DNA from: Octopus bimaculoides | Taxonomy: Eukaryota | DNA length: 64,000 bases | Direction: 5' to 3' | Assembly: GCF_001194135.2 (NCBI RefSeq) | Contig: NC_068998.1 | Location: forward strand, 22,976,915-23,040,914 | Shown: piece by piece, positions 52,238 to 64,000 of the stretch | How positions within the stretch are numbered: the stretch's first letter is position 1 | Layout of the letters: every line of letters begins with the position of its first letter | Made by a program: the position numbers and the translations under genes | Notes under the pieces: generated by a model | What the model was told of the DNA's origin: nothing | Seen by the model: the letters and a program-made list of their open reading frames with translations, nothing else | The model's database searches: none

Positions 52238-53290
52238 AAGAACTTTTCTGCGCATTAGAAGCTATGACATATCTTTTTCTCGTATCAGTATTTTTCAGCA
52301 GAACTGTCACTCTCATTTTTTATTGGAAACTTTTACGACGTTTACTTTCATTGAAACAAGAACTTTGTAACAACGAACTATCGTGGCTGTCTAGGCATTA
52401 AGATTAATAAATATGATGCAACTGACCATAATCTATCTGGCTAACCAGCGTCCAAAATGTAATATTATATCCGTATAATCTATTCTGCACTCACATGTGT
52501 TAACCAAAATACCGAGCTGCCTATCAGAAATGGGTAAACACTTATAAACTTCTACCAAACACGCTATGTGGCGATGATTAGGTGAAATTAATTGGGTCAC
52601 ACCTGCCGAGGCTATTAAAGGGATCTACACAAACTAAGCACATATAATAATCAAGAGGAAAAGCGTCTTAAATGTTAAAGGGATATCGATTTCTTTTTTT
52701 TTAATATCGAAACAAGATGGTTGAAGAATTATGAATTAATAAGTATTGAACTGTGCGGTAAGAATAATTAAGGGAACAATTATCATGATATTGATAATCA
52801 TGAACATATTCGTTGCAACAGCCATTTGCAATAGCCATCTTGAGGAATAAATTGAGTTCATGTATGTGAGTAAATTTGTAAATTTACAGGTATCTGAAAG
52901 TAATTTCAGCATGGTTTGGATATTAACTTCCGAGTAAATATAACGGACGAGCGATTATTGTTTTTCGAAGGCACCCATTCTTTATTTCTGCACTAATACG
53001 AAGTAAATTATTGAATTTATACACTTTTCATGAATGAATTTTAACTATATACCTATACCGGTTCACAACCAAATAATTAAAAGTATTTAGAAATAATACG
53101 TTTCTAAATCTCTCAGATACATTTTTGCAGTAATGATACGATGAAGTAGTTGTATGCTGTCAACTTAATGTGATAGTCACCTGAAGGGAATAATATTACT
53201 GTTGGTTAGACATAGGAAGCTGCACCGCTTCCTGTCGGACTTGACACATTTCCTGTGTGCTTATTAAAAGTATTTAACTAAGAAAATATT

Positions 53291-53500
53291 GGTCTTACAT
53301 TTTGACACGGGGCCAGTCGGGAGGTTTTACACCTATTACATCGACCCAAGTTGTTCAAATTGTATTTATTTCATCGACCCCGAAATGATTAAAGGCAAAG
53401 TCGACTCCGGTGAATTTTGAACTGACGACGTAAAGACAAACCAAATTCCGCTAAGCATTTTACCTCGCGTACTAACATTTCTGCTAGGTTGCCGCTTTCA
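53291..53500 (-). mobile_element. diverged near full-length SINE family A copy
   Basis: Colinear with the 52.0-52.2 kb copy (catcgacccc, aaaggcaaagtcgac, ccgctaagcattt). Confidence 0.75.
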
Positions 53501-55335
53501 CAAAAGGAAATATTGGGATGAAATAACAGAAAAATCATCAGAGAATGTTATACAATTAACGAAGTGAGAATAACTTAATCGCACTTAACTTTTGATCTGA
53601 CATAACTAGAATGAGAGGTATGAGTCTGAAACATAACTGTATTTCTAGAACTAAACATCAAACCTCAGCTGGGTTTCTCATTAGTGGATAACACATGGTA
53701 CTTCAAAGTTTTCAGTAGCAAAATAAATGTGCATAAATGAGTAAAAATAATTGCTAGCTAAGATCTGCGGGATAAATAATAATGAATTTAATGATAAATG
53801 TTGTTGTTGCTATGATTACTTTGATGGACATGATAATGATGTACATTGTCTACGTGGTGTTGTAAGTGAGGACGTCATGTGGCGGAGAGTCATTTATCTC
53901 GGATAATCAATGACACAAATCTGTCATTGATAGGCGAATAAAGAGGAAAAGGATAACAGAATTGCTTCACCATCGATGGTGATCGTATGGCTGAAATGTG
54001 GTCGCTTCTGCTGTTGCTGCTGTTGATGATAGTGGTGATGATGATAACAATAACGATGGTGGTGATGTTCGTGGTGAGGTTAATATTGCTAGTAAATGTG
54101 ATGGCAATAATAATGACATCAACGATGATTAAGTTGATTAAAATAATGTCGATAATGAAGATGACAACGATAATGATGATGATGGCAAAGACGATTGCGG
54201 GGGTGGCAATGATGACGATGGCGATATTGATTCTTAGATAATTAAACAGCTTAGTACACAATCCTAGAAACGTCACGTTGATGTTAATGGCGAGCGTTAG
54301 TTTAGCAGTATTTACGCAATAAAAAAAAAGAGCCGACTGCTCGAGTCCGATTCAGTGCTCACATGTGCTTATGTTCACCTATAGATGCAATTATATATAC
54401 ATATATTTATTTCTATATCATAATTACTTTTTAATATCCGTCAATAGCAACAGACCGGTCCAAGAGAGTTTATCGTTACATGAATCTACTTAACTCAGCC
54501 AAACACTCGCAAATATGATGCAAGCAATCCGGATAATAAAGCATTGCATTTTAAGCTCTCTGTTGTCAAACAATTCAAGAGACATTGCATACTTCTCTAA
54601 AATTCTAAAAACCTTGTAGTTTTTCCCGAGCTGTATAGAACTGCCTGGTGGTTACTGCATATGCAGTTATAGTATTTGCTTAAGAGAAGAGGAAGGGTAG
54701 ATTATAGGGATAATTGTAGAAATCATAACGGATGATATTGAGAAAAGAAGACGAGGTGAGAAAGAAGATACAAGTAAAAGCAGTAACAGAAACAAATACA
54801 GCTCAATGTATATCATCATAAGTTCTTCCTAGGTGCGAATGGGGGTGGATTTTTTAGGAGTTGATAATTCAGATTAAGATTATACATTCTGCTACGTTCT
54901 TTCAGTAGCCTAAACGAACAATATATGCTAATTGTGAAATTGTAGTTCAAATTTTATAAAATGTTTCTTTATTCTCCAAGAATCAGTCGGAATTTGATTC
55001 GTAGGAGACAGCATAATATTTTCACGAAACGGGATGTGAGAAATATTGAAGTGAACAAAGCAATCAAATGATGTAACTTTTTTTATTAATTAAAACACAT
55101 ACATACATTAGCTATATAATCGTATACCAATATTTAAGTATAGTTACGCACTTATACATATAATGAATATAGAGTATGTAAATGTATAGGAGATATATTC
55201 AATATTGAATAACTGATTTACCATAAAGGGATACTTAACTGAATAAATGCTTCCCGGTATCTATTTGTTAGTAACAAATCATTTAATCAGGAGGAGCGTA
55301 GCCAACCTTATGTTAGCTGTTATAATATAAACCGA

Positions 55336-55409
55336 TAGTAATGTGCTCGCATTATGCGGATAGCAAATCTATTAGTAATGTGCTCGCATTATGCGGATAG
55401 CATATCTAT
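55336..55409. repeat. 37-bp tandem duplication (2 copies, 1 mismatch)
   Basis: tagtaatgtgctcgcattatgcggatagca(a/t)atctat repeated at 55336 and 55373. Confidence 0.92.
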
Positions 55410-55901
55410 TCTACTGATTTCTATACTACAAAAGAGCACCTAAAACAGAAAATTAAACAATGTTAAATTCACACAGAAAATTTTATTCGGCGCAGCTAGC
55501 CACTCTACTCATTCATACACACATACACGCACCTACTGTCTCACACACAGGCTACCATACATACATACGCTACCATACACACATGCTCTACTACACACAC
55601 ACACACGCACTATACCACGCACACACAAAACATACGCACAGATACTAACTATTTTCACACTCTCTCAGAAAATACTTTCTCTTCATTCGTTCTAATTCCG
55701 GTCACTTCAGAAAAGTAAGCGCACGTGATTTTTGGCAACTTTTATCCTCCTTTGTCTTGGACTTACCTCATTTTTCTGCTCGAAACATAAATCTACAACT
55801 CTCTTCTTCCTCTGAGCGTCTTATTAATACATTGCTTGTGCTACGTCCACATGCTTATTTGTTGTTTCTTTTTCCTTTTCTCTCTGTTTCTAATTTAATT
55901 G

Positions 55902-55964
<63 letters not shown>

Positions 55965-57140
55965 TCTTAGATTATTTGACTTCCTAATCAAAGGCTCGAT
56001 TTAATCAGAATATTTACCTTAGCATTAATCGAATGTAAAATTATCATTATCTATTCATTTAAAAGTTAGCTTTTGGGTTGCTTATCCTAGATTGATATGA
56101 ATAGCTTATCTACCTCTCTAACAATGTCCTCGCCCCTGACTGCCATCTTGTTTGTTAAATTGAGCGAGAAATTTCTCTGAATTTATCGCTGTGGATATTC
56201 TAAACCTAAGAAATTATCCCAGTCTTTTACTTATTTTGTCCTAATCTCTTGCAGTTTAAACGAGTTTAGTTTCTTTCTTTTAAGAGTTAATTCTTGTTGT
56301 TTCTACCGCTGTAGTAATACAGCATAGTCTATGTCGTTCTTTTGTCGTGAAAAAGTTTAATCGCATCTTATATACTGAAGCAACTATCATCATATTTCGT
56401 TCTGTTGCAATATCTTATTTTGTTGTTATCGATATCACTAGGGTAAATTATCTCCAACCATATTCCAGCTGCTGATCTAGGAAATTTCAGCGTTGTCACT
56501 TTAATGTTCTCACGGGAATTATACACCGCTGAAAATTTCTGTTATGCTGTTATAAGGAGTTGAGGATATTATTACTAGTATTAGTACAACTGAAAAAAAA
56601 ATGTAGTTCCAGGAAATGAGGAAATCCCAATCTGGTTTATTCGGTGGTCCATTATATTGAGAGAAAAAATACCGAGAATATCAAGAAAAGTATCTCATAT
56701 TTGTGGATGCTAAGAACCGAGGAGTAATATACAGAATTGCATTAACCGCTAGAAAGTGTATGGGGAGTCGAACGATATTAGCACTGGCGTTGGTTGGGTA
56801 TTGTCTCCTCGCTGACGATATAAACAGACAAGCATGCACTCTGCACTGTATGAGGGTTTCTCTCATGGTAATTACCGCAGTAAAGTTTGTTCCAACAGAA
56901 CAACCACATTACATCTAGGTATTAAACTGACTCTGCCCCTAATACATATAATATAATTAATTTTTAAAGATCCATTAACTGATTAATTAATTGAATATAT
57001 TCGCTCAACGAGCAACTTACGAGTCTCATATTTACTGAGCTAATCTTTCGCATATTCTAATACTTGCATACAAATATATTTGAAAACAAAATATTACACC
57101 CACATACAAACGCACGCACACACACACACACAGACACAGA

Positions 57141-57182
<42 letters not shown>

Positions 57183-57615
57183 CATACACCCCTCTGCACA
57201 CACAGGCAGCCCCACACACATGCATCACGCACATATATATTTTTCTCATTAGAATATGACCGACACCGGTTCTCATTGTTAAAAGTATTACTCTTATTTT
57301 ATCGGTTAGGTGAGGTGTGGAATTATAGACACAAGGACATACACATANNNNNNNNNNNNNNNNNNNNNNNNNNNNNNNNNNNNNNNNNNNNNNNNNNNNN
57401 NNNNNNNNNNNNNNNNNNNNNNNNNNNNNNNNNNNNNNNNNNNNNNNNNNNNNNNNNNNNNNNNNNNNNNNNNNNNNNNNNNNNNNNNNNNNNNNNNNNN
57501 NNNNNNNNNNNNNNNNNNNNNNNNNNNNNNNNNNNNNNNNNNNNNNNNNNNNNNNNNNNNNNNNNNNNNNNNNNNNNNNNNNNNNNNNNNNTATATATAT
57601 GTATATATATTTACA

Positions 57616-57770
57616 CGACTAGCTTCTATCAGTTTGCCGCTACCAAATCCACTCACAAGGCTTTGGTCAGCTCGACTCTATAGAAGAAGACACTTGGCGA
57701 AGCTGCCACGAAGTAGGACTGAAATCAGAACCATATAGTCGATAAACAAGCTTATTACCACTCAGCCACT
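57616..57770 (-). mobile_element. SINE family B 5' module
   Basis: taccaaatccactcacaaggctttggtc...agaagacacttgg...ggactgaa...cagccac. Confidence 0.75.
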
Positions 57771-57778
57771 CAAAAACA

Positions 57779-57940
57779 CGACGGTCTTCTTTTACGTTCT
57801 GCCTAACACATGCACTGACTAGGTCTTGGTTGAACTGAGGTTATATTAAAAGATATTTACAGAAAGTTAAATACAGTGGGACTGAACGTGGAGCCATGTT
57901 TTTGAGAAGTAAACTTCTTGACATACAGCCATGCCTGCCT
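57779..57940 (-). mobile_element. second, more diverged SINE family B 5' module in tandem
   Basis: Colinear with 57616-57770 (cagtgggactgaac...aaacttctt...acagccatgcctgc). Confidence 0.6.
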
Positions 57941-59371
57941 CTCCATGTATAATTATATACGCATGCATTAAAATATTTGAGCTGTAATAATCTCCTTCCG
58001 GACTTCTTGAATGTAATCTTCAGCCTTCATAAAAGGACTGAAATTACGTCATACTTTAGGCTATTTATATCATGAATGACAATGTATGATTTATGAAAAA
58101 TTCAAATATATCGTGCTTTAACTGCTTGGTAAGTTGGAAAGAAAACCTGTCACACTATAGTGCTCCAATTCGTGTAGAGTGTAACCTTTTAAAAATGAAC
58201 TACGACCAGATTCTATTCACATGAAGCGTTAAAGGAGCTCTTGTCCAATGAAAGCGACATGAAATACTCCTGATCGCCCTGGAAATGAAGCTTATTTCTA
58301 TCTCGTCATGCCAACAATGGATTGGGGGGCTTCGCTAGGGAAAAATGCTTCTCGCAGATTCATATTGGTCTTGATAATCATGTTTTGTCGAAATTGGTCT
58401 TCTGAAAGCCGTATTTGAGGGAAATTCAAACCAAACACCATTAGAATGAGTATGAACATTCATTGCAAGTTACAATTTGATTATAAAACATTCATGAATT
58501 AGAAGCAGTGTCTAAGCTAAACTCGGTGTCCCTCACTATCAGAGTGCATCCCAATTTCATGAAAATGTTACAGTCTGCTCATCATTGAAGAGCAGACGTG
58601 TTGCTGCACCTTTTCTTGGTACAATCATCATTGGTAATGAAACATAGGTTACCGATAGATATATCCAATGATAACTACATAGTATAGTATCCAATGACAA
58701 AATAGTTCTCATTCTTCAAACAGGATTGCGCATGAAAAGTTGTTATGCTCTTTGACGTAATATGAAGTGTATTGCCTATAATGACGTCTTGAAACAACAC
58801 GATTGATAATGCAGACAATTATTATCACCGTCTAGATGCATTGACTTTGAATGTGCTGTAGAATCATACATCATTAGTCAGTCGTAAAAAAAGGTTACTC
58901 ATACAAAAGCATATCCAGGAAAATACACAAGAAAACGTACGTTTATACACAGACATAAATATCTATATACATACTAACACGCATGGAAACAAGTGCACAC
59001 GCACACTCACACACACAAACACACACACCCACACACACACATGATCTTAATTTTGCCAACCCCTGACGCCACCACCTTCCTTCCTAGGCATAATGTCGCA
59101 TTTTTAACGGAATTGCTATCGCTGAATCATCGACCTTACACTAACAACAGATGCAATTTGACCAATAGCAGCGCACTTTTAGTGTCTATCTTGGATCTCC
59201 AATGCCCCTCGATTCAGTAATCTGAATTTGAATGTCCTAGGTATCTGTGAAATGCCTTCGAATGTTTAAATCGCATAGTTCCCAAACAAACTGTTTTAAA
59301 ATATTAAAAAGTATGTAAAAACGCTCTTGCCTTCTTTGTTTATCCACTCACTCTTATATATTGGATATAAA

Positions 59372-59435
<64 letters not shown>
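59372..59435. repeat. (TCTA)n microsatellite
   Basis: Direct sequence. Confidence 0.95.
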
Positions 59436-59849
59436 CTTCTGNNNNNNNNNNNNNNNNNNNNNNNNNNNNNNNNNNNNNNNNNNNNNNNNNNNNNNNNNNN
59501 NNNNNNNNNNNNNNNNNNNNNNNNNNNNNNNNNNNNNNNNNNNNNNNNNNNNNNNNNNNNNNNNNNNNNNNNNNNNNNNNNNNNNNNNNNNNNNNNNNNN
59601 NNNNNNNNNNNNNNNNNNNNNNNNNNNNNNNNNNNNNNNNNNNNNNNNNNNNNNNNNNNNNNNNNNNNNNNNNNNNNNNNNNNNNNNNNNNNNNNNNNNN
59701 NNNNNNNNNNNNNNNNNNNNNNNNNNNNNNNNNNNNNNNNNNNNNNNNNNNNNNNNNNNNNNNNNNNNNNNNNNNNNNNNNNNNNNNNNNNNNNNNNNNN
59801 NNNNNNNNNNNNNNNNNNNNNNNNNNNNNNNNNNNNNNNNNNNNNNNNN

Positions 59850-59880
<31 letters not shown>

Positions 59881-59960
59881 TATATGTATATCGCAGAGTA
59901 AGCACATAACAAATGTAGAATAGTATTCTTTACTAAAAAGCAGCAAAAATATCACAAAAA

Positions 59961-60006
59961 CTGTTACTCAGAGTTTCACGTTCCCGTACGTCGGTTCGTC
60001 GGACAG
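59961..60006 (-). ncRNA. minimal type-I hammerhead-ribozyme-like motif with U4C core variant and an 8-nt duplication
   Basis: The minus strand reads CUGU|CCGACGA|accgacgu|ACG-GGAA-CGU|GAA|ACUC-U-GAGU|A|ACAG. Confidence 0.55.
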
Positions 60007-60472
60007 AGTGTTTAAAATGGAAGAAAAATAAGGTTATAATCAAACATATACAATTAGTTTAATAGATACACATTTGAAAATGGTTTAGTTTCATTGGTTC
60101 TTTCAAGTAGCGGTCTTTACAATGACTGGTTGTTTGCAATGAACAAATTTCGGTATAAAATTATCTTATTATATAATCGGAAAAGATCTAAAATTAAAAA
60201 TATCTTACAAAGAAGGATATAACGTAAATACTCAGGGTAAATAATTATCTGTAAAATATTAATAAATTAATACATTAAAAGTTATATCTTTTTGAAAATT
60301 GTTCACGTTGGATTACATATACACTTAGCAGTATATGCACATACCAAACCGTATATATTATACATATATAGCTAAACATACAGACACAAGTACGTACATA
60401 TACAGACATATATAGGCAAGACGTAATTATATATACAAATGCATATATATACAAATGTTTTTTAATTATAAT

Positions 60473-61190
60473 CATAATTATAATTCGGGCACACCAAAAG
60501 ATTGCTTCACAACATTCCGAATTTTGGAAATAGCAGTTAAAACACTATTTCACTACCATGACATATCTTCCAGACAGCATCGCTCGCAACCCACACAGGC
60601 AAAGAGAAAATATAACGAATCCACCCGGCTTTGATTAACTGTGTACGTGTTTCAGGATTAAAGAGATGTAAAAATATATTACACAACTTACTTCCATCAT
60701 CAACACAGTATTTCAAAATTATAAATGTGAGAATGATAATAATTAATATTGATAAAATAATTCACTCCCTGATAGTTAACTGCAGTTTCTACTGGATTAT
60801 TCTTAGCGCACGTGGGTGATTGGGGAGGAATGCGAGTTCCTTACTCGTCTATATGAATTCTGAAATGCTGGTTTTGGGATATAGAATGTTCGATGGCGCT
60901 TGGTCAAACGCATATTCTTAATTATTAGCATTCTCCGATTTATAATTTTGAAATACCGTCCTGATGATGGAAGTAAGTTGAGTAACATATTTTTACATCT
61001 CTTTAATCCTGAAATGCGTACACAGTTAATCAAAGCCGGGTGGATTCGTTATGTTTTTCTCTTTCCCTGTGTGGGTTGCGAGTGATGCTGTCTACGAGAT
61101 ATATTATGGAAGTGGAATAATGTTTAACTGCTATTTCTAAATTTCGGTATGTGGTGAAGCAATTTTTGCTAAACCCTAATTATAATTATG
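60473..61190. repeat. long inverted repeat / foldback-like element (arms 60473-60746 and 60918-61190)
   Basis: Arms of about 274 bp with about 33 differences by hand alignment (roughly 88 percent identical) and a 171-bp spacer. Also visible as twin ORFs MINCVRVSG/MINCVRISG on opposite strands. Confidence 0.9.
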
Positions 61191-62069
61191 CTTTTAATTA
61201 TAAAACTTTTGTATAAGCTTACCGATAATGGTTTTTAACATACAAATTATAATTATGCTCATAAGTATAAAACTATTGTATAAGTTTATCGATAATAATT
61301 ATTTTAATATACCAAACTACTTGGTAAAATTATTAATTATCAATTATTAATTTTACCCTATATTTGTATAGACATACTCGCACGCACACAGGTAATTCTC
61401 CTGTCGTAAGCTTATAAATTTAGTTGTTACATGTGAAAGAAAAAGAAACAGAAAATTAGCGAGAGACAGACCAAAAATGAAAGTAATACGATTAGATTCT
61501 ATATATACCTTCCGCAACGAAAACATAAAAACGCAAACATAAAATTACATGTGTATCTACATGAGTACAAACATACATACAAATATACAAACATATAGAT
61601 ACGCATACACATATACAAAATTATGTATGAAAATAAATACCTGTATAAATGTATACACATTTATATATGTAAGCATATATATGTATATAAATACATATAT
61701 ATGAATGCCTACAATGCATACACACATAAATATATAGAGACATATGTACACCATAACGTATATATGAAAACAATTGTAAAAAACTGTGCGCTGTATATAA
61801 TATTAATATGTAAAAATAGGGAAATTGTACGTTCATTTGATATAACATAGTTAAATACGGGAGTAAACGATAAAAATAAACCTAGGCGAAGCTTAAGTTT
61901 AAATTTGTAAACCTGTCGAAAGCTTTCTAAAGAATAAAGTCGAAATAAACACTAGTGTTGCAATGCAAAATAGCTATATCATGTAAAGTCAAATTCAAAT
62001 GCGACAGTCAAAAAGAATATGTATTTCGAATGTCAGAATATTTTACCCATACGGTATTTTGTCGGTTGT

Positions 62070-62990
62070 TGCTTTAAACTTCACGGCGTGTCTGCAGGTA
62101 TTTAAGAGTTCGCGTATCTGGTTCAAAGAATTTTTATCTTGGAACAGGATGAAGAACTTTTCAGAGAGACAGAGATACATTTCATAGGTCTTCTATAATC
62201 TCTATGTCTGTATGCTAACGCTTTTTCTAGAATTTTCCATGTTACATTGCATGGACGGGTGTCGTTATATTTCAATTCCCAGACATGCTTTGCAAGACTA
62301 GTCGCTGTGCTGTTCTCGGAGTATCGGAAAGGATTTCGGTGGGAATAGAATCGAGACTTGAATAAATTTTTGGAATTCCCTGTATATGTTTTATATCTCT
62401 GCGAGCCCTTTACCTGCACTTAGGCTCTATAAACAATACCCTTTTGAATACATTTTCCTTCCAACAGACAGCAAGTCTCATCTTTGAAGTTGCAGTTCCT
62501 CAAATAATTTTCGGCACACTAGTTGTCTGTAATAATTTTTGTGTTATGCTGGCTAACTTATTGCAACAAAAGGCGAAGTTGCTGCAACAAGAATAGCTAA
62601 CCTTCAGTGTTCTGTTAAATATTCTATAGAACTTGTGGCTAGATTGAAAATGCTTAGAAACTAATTTTAAGAATAAAAATGGATAAATTAAATGCTGAAT
62701 ATTTTGGACAACATGATAAATATAATGTAGAACAAACCGACTCTGAAATAAGAGGAGAATTATATATCCCTCGTCCTTTTCATTGCGGAACAATTTTCAA
62801 ATGTGAACATGTCAATGTTTTTAGTTCTAGGTAATGTGGGGATAATATGATATTCGTTGTCCAAGAAATTTCATAGCAATATTTACACATGATAGACTTT
62901 TTATTCGATGTTACCGCTATATATTTCAGAGATGAATTCAGAATTTTTTTCCTATCAACAGAATAAAATTTTGAGCTTATTAATACAAGG
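62070..62990 (-). mobile_element. Penelope-like element relic: partial RT plus GIY-YIG endonuclease
   Basis: FLKLVSKHFQSSHKFYRIFNRTLKVSYSC, GKCIQKGIVYRA, TYTGNSKNLFKSRFYSH...TSLAKHVWELK...TWKILEKA and CNLCLSEKFFIL...RELLNTCRH match PLE C-terminal motifs. Frameshifts and an internal deletion are present. Confidence 0.82.
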
Positions 62991-63329
62991 AATTGCCAGC
63001 AACTCAGTTTTGTTTCTGTACAATACGTACGCACAAATATGAATTTCTATGTGAGTATATATATAAATGCATATGTGAGATGGGTGCTTATATGTATGTG
63101 TGTCTGTTTGTGTATATGGATGAAGATACAGTTTTATATTCATACATATGTGTGTGTGTGTGTGTGTGTGTGTGAGTGTATGCAATCTATAGAGAATATA
63201 AATTTACATTTGCAAATTACAAATGCAAACGGACTTAGGCATCTAACATAAATGGAATGAATTATATTTCACATCTTGCTTCTATTCAGAAGTTTACTGT
63301 GTTTAATGCAATTCCTTTCTCTTTTGCAG

Positions 63330-63531
63330 GCTTCTGTCTACATTTACATCGGCAAGAAAGAAGGAGCCATATTATCTGAAGATGAATTTATCTTTCCTAA
63401 ATTGCAAAGAAAAGAACAATCTCAGAACTCTATATAAGAAGATACCATTTTGTCAACTCCCCTGCATAAAGACGAAGAAGCATTTGAAATATCTGAGGAT
63501 TATGACACATCTGGAGATTTTCAGGCGCTAG
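63330..63531 (+). CDS. candidate 202-nt exon of unidentified plus-strand gene (frame ambiguous)
   Basis: Strong acceptor ttcctttctcttttgcAG, donor AG|GTATTA, followed by a 135-nt GT-AG intron. Phase 0 reads ASVYIYIGKKEGAILSEDEFIFPKLQRKEQSQNSI*EDTILSTPLHKDEEAFEISEDYDTSGDFQAL. The +1 frame is open to a TAG at the exon end. Confidence 0.45.
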
Positions 63532-63666
63532 GTATTAATGCTATTCGTGTTTTAATGATTTTATATTATAAACTGTACATGTTTTCTTTATGGCAAGCTC
63601 ATAAAAGTTTATTTGCATTTACAATTTTTTCATGAGGTTATTTAAGTTATTTTTGTTTTTTAACAG

Positions 63667-63686
63667 ATCGCGATATCTCATTTTAA
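63667..63686 (+). other. candidate following exon start (DRDISF* if phase 1, otherwise 3' UTR)
   Basis: Strong acceptor ttttgttttttaacAG ending at 63666. Confidence 0.35.
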
Positions 63687-64000
63687 AAGAAGCCTTATCT
63701 TTCGCAGATATTTTATCTTTAAATTCAATTTGCTTCATACGTTGATATATTTACGAATGTTTTTACAGTTGTTTTCTCTAAATTCATACGAGGAAATTTC
63801 AACTGGCAAATGAAGATGTACAATAAATGAAAAAACGACTTATTATATTGGAAATAAAATAAAATCTTTGGCATCAAGGTATAATATTTCAGGATATGAT
63901 GATAAATTCTTAGAAGGCATCGGGAAGATCTTATATCTATTCAATTTAGATTTTTGTTGAAAGCTAAAATTGTAAACATGTTCGTATATATATATATATA

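Noticed and set aside
53890-54276. Hydrophobic 128-aa and 84-aa ORFs resembling membrane proteins
   Set aside because: Degenerate (GAT/GGT/AAT)n repeat.
56650-56740. EKKYREYQEKYLIFVD resembling an RTE/BovB RT segment
   Set aside because: The match is too short and neighbouring motifs are not recoverable, so it is left unannotated.

Overview
This is AT-rich, repeat-dense eukaryotic intronic/intergenic DNA from a draft assembly with nine N gaps (639-922, 4365-4853, 19015-19321, 26117-26237, 33987-34757, 36807-37127, 48482-48681, 57348-57591, 59442-59849), each abutting a microsatellite or hairpin. The SINE families and microsatellite load resemble Octopus (inference from pattern recognition, not a database search). 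No intact long ORF exists, and most ORF-track entries are microsatellite or gap artefacts. Identifiable content is a transposon graveyard: a full-length dead mariner with 27-bp TIRs and TA TSDs, a Tc1 relic, two more mariner fragments, four R4/Dong LINE pieces, L1/Tx1 ORF1 and ORF2 pieces, an RTE-like RT relic, a Penelope-like RT/GIY-YIG relic, a Helentron-type non-autonomous element, an unclassified MITE and about 13 tRNA-derived SINE copies. Two candidate spliced host genes of unknown identity are suggested: a phase-consistent chain of small minus-strand exons at 1.6-8.5 kb, and plus-strand exons at 47.3 and 63.3-63.7 kb. The most unusual signals are two well-formed minimal type-I hammerhead-ribozyme-like motifs with non-canonical cores (29415-29451 +, 59961-60006 -), two decayed relatives, and a 274-bp-arm inverted repeat at 60.5-61.2 kb.
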